Source: Eledone cirrhosa
Taxonomy: Eukaryota
NCBI GenBank assembly: GCA_964016885.1
Contig: OZ024740.1
Coordinates: forward strand, 422,406,001-422,470,000
Direction of reading: 5' to 3'
Length of the DNA stretch: 64,000 nucleotides
Shown here piece by piece: positions 28,330 to 39,514 of the stretch; position 1 is the stretch's first letter, and each line of letters begins with the position of its first letter. The notes below the pieces were generated by a model that saw only the letters and a list, made by a program, of their open reading frames with translations, made no database searches and was not told where the DNA came from. The translations under genes and the position numbers were made by a program.

Positions 28330-28937
28330 GTCAGGTCACCAGTTGGTGCTACTGGTAACATGTATCCCAGTACAACCTGTCTCATGGTCGGGTCGTTGGC
28401 GACTAAACTGGCAACCCCACCAAGGTTTCTTGGTGAGGAGGGTGACTTTGGACATCCTGCAGGACTAAAAACAAAACCTGTCAAAGGACAAAGGACCTCT
28501 TAAGAGTCAATGGCCATCCAAAATCACCGGGAGAGATGACCCCTTAGCCTTTGTAAAGGCAGAATTCTAGGAGAAGGAAAACTCTGATATAACACCTGCA
28601 ACCCTGATGGTATCCAATGATGTTGGCTTGTTCTTCTTTTTGGTAAATATCATCTTGGTTAAGAGAGTGGGACTGGCTTTGTGCAGTGCCCTTCCTCACT
28701 ATAAAAGCTTCACGGCACAGGTATTGCTTTATATCTGGAGATCTCTTAGCACTTGTCGTCACATGGTGCCATGGGCCCAGCACTATGTGTCAATGATTGT
28801 CACAGGTGTAGTGTTTGTACCAGAGTTTTCAAGTCGCTGGCTGGACTAAAAAGTCACACTCGTTCAGCGTATCGGTAGGGGTTCTCCTACATGGATATAA
28901 AGTCATGGCCGTACTCGAAAACGAGTTGGCAGCCACC
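28330..28937 (+). mobile_element. ~608-bp non-coding interspersed element, full-length copy 1
   Basis: Near-identical to 41339-41942, 59971-60568 and partial 40931-41229. All end at ttggcagccacc followed by TA. Orientation inferred from left-side truncations. Confidence 0.85.
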
Positions 28938-29220
28938 ATATATGTATGTATATATGTATGTATATATATATATATGTATGTATATATATATATGTATGTA
29001 TATATATATATGTATGTATATATATATATGTATGTATATATATATATGTATGTATATATATATATGTATGTATATATATATATGTATGTATATATATATA
29101 TGTATATATGTATGTATATATATATGTATGTATGTATATATATATATGTATGTATATATATATATGTATGTATATATATATGTATGTATATATATATATG
29201 TATGTATATATATATGTATG

Positions 29221-29253
<33 letters not shown>

Positions 29254-29446
29254 GTATATATGTATATGTATGTGTATATATATGTGTATATGTATGTGTA
29301 TATATATGTATATATATATGTATATATATGTATATATATATATATGTGTGTATATATATGTATATATATATATATATGTGTGTATATATATGTATATATA
29401 TATGTATATATATGTGTATATATTTGTATATATATATGTATATATG

Positions 29447-29483
<37 letters not shown>

Positions 29484-29650
29484 GTGTATATATTTGTATA
29501 TATATATGTATATATGTATATATATATATATATATGTGTATATATTTGTATATATATATGTATATATGTATATATATATGTATATATATGTATATATATA
29601 TATATGTGTATATATTTGTATATATATATGTATATATGTATATATATATG

Positions 29651-29692
<42 letters not shown>

Positions 29693-29818
29693 TATGTGTA
29701 TATATATATATGTGTATTTATATATATATGTATATATGTGTATATGTATATATGTATATATATATGTATATATATATGTATATATATATATATGTATATA
29801 TATATGTATATATATATG

Positions 29819-29867
<49 letters not shown>

Positions 29868-30458
29868 GTGTATATATATATATGTGTATTTATATATATA
29901 TGTATATATGTGTATATGTATATATATATGTATATATATATGTATATATATGTATATATATGTATATATATATATATATGTATATATATATGTATATATA
30001 TATGTATATATATGTATATATATGTATATATATATATATATGTATATATATATGTATATATGTATGTATATATGTATGTATATATATATGTATATATATA
30101 TGTATATGTATATATATATGTATATATATGTATATGTATATATATATGTATATGTATATGTATATGTATATATATGTATATGTATATGTATATATATATA
30201 TGTATATGCATATATATATGTATATATATATGTATATGTATATGTATATGTATATATATGTATATGTATATGTATATATATATATGTATATGCATATATA
30301 TATGTATATATATATGCATATATATATGTATATATATATGTATATGTATATGTATGTATATGTATGTATATGTATATATATATGTATATGTATGTATATG
30401 TATATATATATGTATGTATATGTATATATATGTATATATATGTATATGTATATATATG

Positions 30459-30512
<54 letters not shown>

Positions 30513-30546
30513 TACGTATATATATATATATACGTATATATATATG

Positions 30547-30577
<31 letters not shown>

Positions 30578-30638
30578 GTATGTATATATATATATATACG
30601 TATATATATGTATATATATATATATACGTATATATATG

Positions 30639-30688
<50 letters not shown>

Positions 30689-30697
30689 TATATACAC
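28938..30697. repeat. (TA)/(TATG) microsatellite
   Basis: Direct reading. Confidence 0.98.
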
Positions 30698-31075
30698 AGG
30701 ACAAAATGAAAACACACGCATAGAACAAACAACCAACCAACAATAAATAAATAAATAAACAAATAGATAAATGAACACAAACACACACAGACACCCGGAT
30801 GTGGCGCATGCGCAAACTGAGCACACAACACACACAGAGAAACAAAATGGCGTAGGATAGAAGAAAGGAAAGGCACAGAAACAAAGAAAGGAATCCCCAG
30901 TCACTAAAGAGGTCACAGAGTGTGTGACGAAAGGACTATGACTATATATAAACAACTATCTGGTTGTGGAACCAACCAACCAACCAGAAATTTATAAATA
31001 TATAATAAATTGAAGTGAAAGCAACTGGTGCGTGTGTTTCTTATTGGCAACATGACCCTCCCAAAGTATAACAAT
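30698..31075 (+). mobile_element. Solo 3' UTR/pLTR fragment of the Penelope-like element
   Basis: Near-identical to 58787-59175 and ends at the same base (ccaaagtataacaat). Confidence 0.9.
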
Positions 31076-31106
31076 GTATATATATATATATACGTATATA
31101 TATATG

Positions 31107-31137
<31 letters not shown>

Positions 31138-31422
31138 ATATATATGTGTATATATATATGTATATATTTATGTGTATATATATGTATATGTCTATCTATC
31201 TCTTTACGATGGACACTTGTGCTGAGCTCGCTCGCTAAGTTTTGTTTAAATTCATCCGGAAATTGTAAACTGTAAACTTTCATTTTTGTACCATTTTGTA
31301 GAGGGACTGCCAGGTCAAACTTTGATCTGGTCAGTCTCTCAAAATATTCTACGCCTTTAGGCGAAATAGTTAAACAAAAAAAAAATAGTTTTTTTCTTGT
31401 TGAAAAGTTAATAATTTTTAAA

Positions 31423-33241
31423 ATGGCTGAAGCTTCTTCACCAAAATTCGAAGGAGGAAAGGGGAAGATAAACTTACAGCTTCTCCCTGCCACTGTCACA
31501 GTAGCAGATGCCAAAGGCAGAGGTCAGCCAGAGGAAGAATTGTCTTCACCTGTTGACCGACCACTAGATGTAGCCACAACTATACAAGAAACTGAAAACA
31601 ACGACAACAGCAGCAACAATAAAGACAACAAAAACAACAACACAAACATCACAAGTATCCACACACCAAACGAGAAAGACAACAACAAAGATGAAAACAA
31701 CTCAAACGAAGAGAAACAAAACAATACAAACACCAACAACGAAAACAAAATATCTTTTGCACAAACGGCTAAATTATCAGTCACGTATGTGCTGGAAGAT
31801 ATTTCAAAAGCAAAAGAAATGCTGGAAAAAGCCAAGAAATATGTATCTTTTGGCGAAAACGGTTCGTTTTCTATAAATTCACCTCCAGAACTAAAAATAC
31901 AGACGGAATTACGAACTGTCGTATTCCGTACAATTTTAAATAAAACAAAAAAATCAGCACAACCATCTCAAGCTGAAATTCAGTTAGTACTGAAAGAAGC
32001 GATGAGAGACATCACTTTTATACAAAAGGATAAACTCTATGGGAGTTTATCCATATTGATGAAAGACGAATTGGCGGTGAAAAAATACTCTGTGTTGCCA
32101 ATTCGTTCCATACACTACACCTTCTTCCCCACCTACATGGGTAAAAAAACCCAGAGGATATGGATAACCACCATCACCCCAAACATAAACTACTGGTGGT
32201 TACTAACCGGTTTCCTCAATTTAGACGAGGACAACCTCATTTCAATAGGGAAGGCATCCGGCGACGCGTTCAGTGGAACGAGCATCGAAGTTCTGACCCA
32301 AATAAGGCCAGAACGCATCGCCCAAATCCCTGAGCGCGTTATGCTGGATGACCGTACCCACCTCAACATTATTGTGGAGGGTAGGCGTCTCTCCTGTTAC
32401 CTCTGTGGCAATAGAGGTCACCTGAGGGCTGCCTGTCCCCAGCTCACACAGAAAAAAACACTGCTACCAACACCAACCCTACCCAACAACAACAAAAACA
32501 ACCACAACAACAACAAAAACCAACAACACCACCACAACAACAACAACAACAAACACGTGAAAAAATAACAGAATACTGTCCCATCCAATCCCTCCCCACC
32601 CAAAACAAATACAAAAACACACACACCGCAAACACTACCAGAAAACATACCCCTCCCACCCAACAAGGAAGACGAACCCCTTTCGTCGCAAGACGAAAAA
32701 GATCCCTTCCAACAAGTAAAAAGAAAGAAGAGGAGACGCACCACAGACACACGTTAACTTTAACCCTCCCCAAGAGAACACAAACTACACACAAACCACC
32801 CCTCCCTGTCACACAACACTAACTGCTACACAAAAAAAGACCTTACAATATACATACATGAACACAGACAACAAAGAATTACTGAAAACAATTTCAGCAA
32901 ACCCTTCGGTCCAAACTGAAGGGCCTAACTTTATAACTGCTGTGGGACTACCTCATTTAAAAATGATTAAAATCCCAATGAACTTGTACAAAACACTGAA
33001 AATAAATTTCATGGAGGACGTGGCGCCCCCCCCCCCCCCCCCCTGCGCCAAACCAATCAACCGCGTCCTCCTAAAAAATTTCACCACCCCACCCCACCCA
33101 GACACCCACTCAACCACAAACACCCCAACCCCACAACACACTGATGCCCCTTCACTTCCACAAACCACCACCTCACCCAACAACCCATCCCCAACCAGCA
33201 TGGAAATTGAGCGGCCCGTTTCCCGGGACGCAGAGAGGTAA
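31423..33241 (+). pseudogene. L1/Tx1-like ORF1 (gag-like), open to 32568 then disrupted
   Basis: CYLCGNRGHLRAAC zinc knuckle and N-rich tracts. The frame continues after TAA 32566 as QNTVPSNP...DPFQQVKRKKRRR, so the stop is probably premature. Confidence 0.8.
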
Positions 33242-33265
33242 GTGCCTTTTCTCCTTACCACCAAC

Positions 33266-36200
33266 ATGGCTGTGCTAAGAGTAGGGTGTCTAAATGCGCG
33301 TGGCCTGGGCTCATCTTGGAAGCAAGCAATGCTTCTAAATGACCTCAGGTCACAATCTATAAATGTGATGGTTATCTGCGAGGCCCGGATCAGCAACATG
33401 CGGCAGCTAGCCCCCACCTTTGACGACTTTGAGATGCACGCATCTCTCTGTCAGCCCGGAGGTGGGGGTGGGGTTGTCGTTCTGCTGCAAAAACATCTGG
33501 GCCTTGCAACACAGATAGTTCACTTGGACCCAGGGGGTTGACTGGTGGTGCTGGACCATGGCAGTGGTGAAGGTAGAGCCTTTAGGCTGGTAGCCGCATA
33601 TGCCTCTTTTGGGACAGAGCGGCCCGACTTTTTCCAGCGTCTGGAGTCTTTTCTAGGGACGTCCCGTTCCCTGCTTTTAGTGGGGGATTGGAATGGTATC
33701 CTGGATGCACGTTGGGACTATGCAGGGGCATGTCCTGATAGAGAGGGGTGCAACAGCCTCAAGGGGTTACTCGGCCGATTTGACCTGGCCGATAGATTTC
33801 GACTAGATTTTCCGACGGTGCCAACCTGGTCTTGGTCAAATCGCAGCGGATCATCTAGGTCGTACCTAGATAGATTTTTAGTTAGAAATAAGGACAGGGA
33901 CTTTTTAAGTTGTCCAGAAATGCTCATGGTTGGCTATTCAGACCACAAGTTGGGGACCTGCATGGTCAACCTTGATAGAACGCATAGACAGGGCCCCGGT
34001 TACTGGAAGCTCAACTTGTCCTTGCCGGCAAGTAGAGCTTACAGGGATCGGATTAGTACGTTAGTTAAGGAACGGTTGACTGGAGCGATCGTCAACAGCA
34101 GGTGGTGGGTATCTCTAAAGAGAGAGATTAGAGTAGTCTCGATAGAATTTAGTAAGGTTCTAGCTGCGAATAGGAAGGAAAGGGAGCTAATAGATAGAGT
34201 AGAAGAGGCAATTAGAAGCGGCGACGTGGCCAGAGTGCTAGCATCGAGAACGGCTTTGAGCCAGTTTTTCGACGCGAAGCACGAAGGCTGCGTTGTCCGA
34301 AGTAAAATACGTGCTCTAGGGAACGAGGGGACCAAAGCTGTTAGCTGGGCCCGCGTGACAGAGGCCAACAGTGGAACTAAATCCACCATCCGGTCTTTGC
34401 GAGACCTGGATGGACGGGCGATTCTTGAGCCTAAGCAAGGCCTTTCATTCTTGAGGCCTTTCAAAGGCACTTTGCCCGACTGTTCGGGAGGGGCGGGGAG
34501 CCGGTTGGGAATGTGGACTTCGGTCCATACCTCGACGGCCTGCCGCGTCTCTCGGACAGGGAGGCGAAGTCCTGCGAGGAGCCAATTTCGGCCGCTGAGA
34601 TAGAGGACGTGCTGAGCCAATGCGGCAAACGCAAATCCCCGGGTCTCGATGGTCTTCCATACGAATTATATCTAGCTATGCCGGACTTGTTCCCCGATCT
34701 CCTCGAGGTGGTCTACTGCAACTGGCAACAGAACGGGAGAATTCCCTGTACTGTGACCAAGGGCGTAGTCACACTAGTAAGGAAGGACGAGAACAAGGGG
34801 GACGAAATAAGTAACTTCAGGCCCATAACTCTGCTAAATACAGTTACAGATTTTGGCCAAGGTGCTAGCAAAGAGGTTGGTGCTTGTCGTGGGCAACCTG
34901 GTGGGAGATGCGCAGACATGTGCTATCTCGTCCAGGTCCATCCATGACAACCTCATGCGATACATCATAGAGAGGGTTGGGAACGAACCCGGCTTTGGTG
35001 GGGCTCTGATCAACTTGGATCAATCTAAAGCGTTCGATAGGGTTGACCATGGTTACCTGGATGCGGTGCTAGCGGCGGCAGGCTTCGGACCCGTTTTCAG
35101 GGGCTGGATCACTGCTATGCACAGCAGCCGCATCTGCTCTAGGGTCAAGGTGAACGGCTACCTCTTGGAGCCGTTCAAAATCGCCCGGTCCATCCGACAA
35201 GTGTGCCCTCTCTCCTCCCTTCTGTATGTCTTGACTCTCGAGCCACTACTGCGGAAGTTGGAGTTGTTGCAGGGCATCCCTTTGGAACTGGGATTGCGGA
35301 AAGCGGTGTCGGCCTACGCCGATGACGTGACAGTAATGGTGTCGACGGCCTCCGAAATCGGGGCGGTCGGCACCTTACTGGAGGAGTACGAAAGGTTCAC
35401 AGGAGCTAAGCTGAACCGGGACAAGTCGATAGGTTTGCAACTCGGCACGTGGAGGGGCAGACCGATGCCCTCCGATGGCGTCGTCGGACGCTGGACGGAG
35501 GGCCCGGTGAAGTTGGTCTGGTTCGGACCGGACCTCCAGGTGGAGAAGAACTGGGAGGAGGTTACGAACAGGGTGTTTGCACTGACCCAGAAGTGGGCCA
35601 GTTGCAAACTATCCCTGAAAGGTCGGGCGGAGGTGGCGAACACCTATATAGCGTCCGTCATCTACTACCGCCTGACCGTAGTGCCCTGCCCAAGGGAAAC
35701 CCTCGCCAAGATGGAGCGCGCGCTCTTCCAATTCCTTTGGAAGAGGCGGGCTCCTATGGTGAGGAGATCCATCTGCTGTCAACACCCTTCGAAAGGAGGG
35801 CTGGGGATGCCGTGGCTAATGATGCGTAAATACGCATTAAGGCTACGGCACCTCTACGTATTCCTCACCGGTCAACCGGTGTGGGCCTCGTTTGTGAGAC
35901 GAACCTTTCCCAGACTCGTCTCACTGACCGAGCTGCAATCCTGGGTCAAGCAAAGACCGAGAAAACTGGGCGCCTGGCACACTGAGTGTGCCCAGGCGCT
36001 CACCGCCCTCTGGCAGGCGGATCCGGTTATCAGTGGAGACTCCACCGCAACATTCTATAGAGGGCTGGTACGCAGCAGGTGCGACGACGCCCTCGGAGAA
36101 GCCCTAGACATGGAGGAGGACGAACTGGCCAGCCTGTTCGGTAGGACATTCAACCCGGGACCTATGAACAACTTCCAGAAGTCCCTGGCCTGGCAGTGCT

Positions 36201-36672
36201 ACCGAGGGGCTCTACCCGTTCGAGAAAAGCTCTACAGACACGGGCGGCCGGGTAGGGACCCCGCCAAAAAGATCTGTCCCAGATGCATGTGCGACGAGGA
36301 AACCGTTGCACACGCATTGGTACACTGCTCGGGCGTAGCCGATCTGTGGGGCTATGTCGAACAACTGCTGTCAAGGGTGGGACCGATCCGGTTGACCACC
36401 GAGTCTATTGTAATGATCAAGCCGCCTTCCCCCTTCAAAGATGAAGGAGAGGCGGTGTTTCTGTGCGTAATAGCCATGGTGAAAGAAGTTGTATGGTGGA
36501 CGCGTCTGAAAGGACTGAGGTCAGGCACCTTTTTCTCTGGCCAACAACTGGTCCGTTTCTTCTGATATCATTTCGGAAGAAGGATCAGGATGGAGAGAGA
36601 GGTGCTCCACCCCAGTCGTTTTTATGAAAGGTGGGTGAAAGTGGCGAGAATGGCCCGTGTGAATGGGCCTTC
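33266..36672 (+). pseudogene. L1/Tx1-like ORF2 (APE endonuclease, RT, C-terminal zinc finger) with stops and frameshifts
   Basis: CLNARGL, GDWN, SYLDRF, YSDH, WKLN, KSPGLDGLPYELY, FRPITLLN, LDQSKAFDRVDH, AYADD, CPRC...ETVAHALVHC, split over several ORFs. The 3' end is approximate. Confidence 0.9.
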
Positions 36673-37914
36673 TCTTTACATAAGCCTGTAGGTGGAAAAG
36701 AGGAAGGAACGAGGGAGCACCCCCTCTCTGTGCTCCTGAGGAAAAGGGTTGCACACTTTTTTCGGGGGTGTGTGCGACCCCCCAAGGCGCCTCCTCTCTA
36801 TTGAGGATTTTGTTATAAATTTTATTTTTTGTTATATTTTATTTTATTTTTATATATTGTTATTGCCTCCTCCTTATTGAGGACGCCTTTTTGTGTAAAC
36901 TCCCCCCTTTGTACTTGTCCCACTTTTGATGCCCTGGTGGCAAATAAAAGAAACATATGTATATATATATATACATATATATGTACATCCTAAACGGACG
37001 GTAGTCCATTTAGTAATATTGTTGTGGTCGTGTTTTCGTTGGCAATCGTCTGTTTACGACAGTACAGCGCGGCTGTACTTTAATTGAGATAAAACTTATA
37101 TGAGCATGAACAGTAGATCATTACGCATCTTTTGGCTTAAAAATCTAGAAATTTGGTCCAGCGGGAAAAAGTTTATAATCAAAGTTTGCTGATAAATCTT
37201 GTGTTCAAGTGAGTGAGTAGTAAGCGTGACGCTAGGGGAGGTAATCCAGAAATGACGAATTTTTTTCGGCGGAACTCTTGTGATTGTGATTACGTTAGTC
37301 AAATGTAGTCAAATCGCCGAATCCCCTCCTCCTAATTGACTACGTCATTTCTGAACGGCCCTACTTGTGTCAGTGTGAAACATTACTTCACTTTTCACTG
37401 CTAAAATGCTTTTTAAATACTTCGTTAAAAATTTATGTTTATTATCAAAGCTATGTTTTGTACCAATATATCAATAGTTTGCGAAAATATAGGTAAACAT
37501 GAGTTAAATTTTTTTTAATCGCATCGATCGCTTTGTTGCACCGACTGTGACACTGTCTGACTGTCTGTCTGACTGACACCTTTGTCGGACCGACACCTTT
37601 GTTCAAGCGGACAACTTTGTGTCACTGACACCTTTGTTCATGCCGGCATCGCTGCGAAACACTGATGACAACAACCAGACCAAAATTTCACTTCATTCTT
37701 CATTCTTCTTCAAGACCAATCGCCGACCGATCGTATCGGTTGCTCTTCATATATCAGGTATTCAACAGATAGTTTGCACTTCTAGTATTATTAACGGTCA
37801 TGCGATTTTTTGTACCGATAGGTGCGAATAGTGCGCTATATTTTTGTACCGATAGGTGCGAATAGTGTACAATATTTTTTGAGATTTGCATCCACTAATT
37901 TTGCTTAATTAAAA

Positions 37915-38710
37915 ATGATGTTTCGCGGCTTTTTGATCGGCTTATTCATTTTTTCCATGGCACGGAAATGGAGTATTTCCATTTCGAATCAAAACTTTTC
38001 ACTAAAATCGGGCAATTGGACTGATCAAATTCACATTCATGCCAGTTTTTACAAATCCATAATTAGAAATGTGGCGAAATCGAATGACCAGAAGGTATAA
38101 AAATATTAATTCAAATGTATTTACTTATCATACCAACAAAAATACTTAGATATTTTGTATACCTGGGGCCCGTCAGGGCCAGGTAATGTTAATCGCCAAC
38201 ATTGTTATCTGTTGTCCTTTTGTGAAAGTATTGGTGGTTCATGTCGGCTCTAATGATCTGAATCCTCGTTGCACCGTTGGCACTACAAAGCTGTGCAAAG
38301 TAATACAATAATTTTTGCCCAAGTATTTTTTATTAATCATTTATTTGTAAATTAAGGACAAAGTGCCCATTCGAGGCACAAAACGGGAAAAACAGGGGAA
38401 GAGTCTCTTTGCAAGGCTACAGAAAATAGCGGAAAAGCACCACTGTACACCCATTTTCTACAGTGGTGTCATTCCACGTCCACAAAGTGTAATTGAAAAT
38501 AAAAATGACTTGGGCAAGAGAAATTCTCGTTTGGAAAAGTTTAATTACTGCATGAAAGAAATGATTCAAAAATTGAACTTGCCCAATCTTCACAGCATTG
38601 AAAATTGGTCAAAATTTGACAAATCTGACTTCAAACCAGATATGATTCATTTGAACAATGTTGGAAATCTTAAATTGACACAAATTTTTGCCAATGTTTT
38701 TGCCACCTGA
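37915..38710 (+). CDS. Putative spliced SGNH/GDSL hydrolase, exons 37915-38094, 38150-38299, 38357-38710 (~227 aa; start uncertain)
   Basis: Two phase-0 GT-AG introns (gtataa...tacttag, 55 nt; gtaata...attaag, 57 nt) join one frame with KSIIRNV (block I-like, GD missing), CIPGA (II), VHVGSND (III), SGVIPR and DMIHLNNVG (V). AATAAA at 38748. Confidence 0.75.
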
Positions 38711-38881
38711 TCCTTGTTCTATGGCTGACTGACTAATTTTGTGACTTAATAAAATGTCATCATACTAGTAATGCACAATGGTCATTTTTAAATTTAAATT
38801 TTATTAAATAGTTGTTGCTTGCATTGCTTTAAAATAGTAACAAGAATGTACACATACTTTTTAAAAATACATCATTATCAG

Positions 38882-39241
38882 TCAAATGTCACTAAAAGCC
38901 AGGTGGTCGATAACAACTTCTATAAGATTAGTTACATGCTCACACATTGGATCACCTCTCATCAATGGCATTGGGTGTCTGAGATAATCGTGGAGATAAC
39001 TGATGAAGTCACAAATGAAGTGATGGTCTTCCAGTGTGAACAACTCCCTATATCCATTGATATATGTGATGGCTTCCGATTCATAGGTGCATTTTATGAG
39101 GAATTCCATGCATCCGATTTTCAGTGATTCAATGGGCATTTTATCAGAGATGATAAGGTATTTGACCACGTTTTGCTTTGTAAGTAAATTGGAGAGAATC
39201 ACTGCAGTCAAAGTCATTTCTTTGCATGGGTTTTTGTCCAT
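38882..39241 (-). CDS. Unknown 119-aa ORF or terminal exon, convergent with the SGNH gene
   Basis: Protein-like composition, a ttttag acceptor-like site just before the ATG, and minus-strand AATAAA at ~38800. No recognised motif. Confidence 0.4.
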   Translation of the reverse strand: MDKNPCKEMTLTAVILSNLLTKQNVVKYLIISDKMPIESLKIGCMEFLIKCTYESEAITYINGYRELFTLEDHHFICDFISYLHDYLRHPMPLMRGDPMCEHVTNLIEVVIDHLAFSDI

Positions 39242-39514
39242 TCTAAAAAGTTAAAATGATAAAGTATTACTACTATATAACTTACATCTATTGTTGTAAC
39301 ACCATTGAAATGCACAAGTTTCACCAATTCACTATTATGCACTAATCATCTCAAATGCATTCATGATTTACTAGCTTTGTCATTAAGCCAGTTGCCTCAA
39401 CTAGATTGCAATTATACTCAAAAGAACTTTAAAATGTCAATCACTTGTCAGTAATTCACTATGATCATTTAATTATTAGATAGTTGTTGCTTGCATTGCC
39501 CTAAAAAATAGTAG

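Larger units (their letters stand above)
31196..36953 (+). mobile_element. Near full-length L1/Tx1-like non-LTR retrotransposon inserted in a TA tract
   Basis: 5' UTR, ORF1 with CCHC knuckle, ORF2 with APE, RT and C-terminal Cys/His finger, T-rich 3' UTR, aataaaagaaa end; TA repeats on both sides. Confidence 0.92.

Noticed and set aside
28330-28420. HDV-like ribozyme at the left end of the 608-bp element
   Set aside because: P2-, P4- and CUAA-like pieces can be drawn, but I could not build P1 and P3 in the required order.
28544-28849. 80-aa ORFs recurring in each 608-bp copy
   Set aside because: Recurrence reflects recent copy identity; no motifs, non-ATG or variable starts, and one copy has an early stop.
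37245-37343. Possible DNA-transposon terminus (acgtcatttctgaacggccc) with partial internal inverted match cagaaatgacg
   Set aside because: No matching opposite terminus or TSD found in the window.
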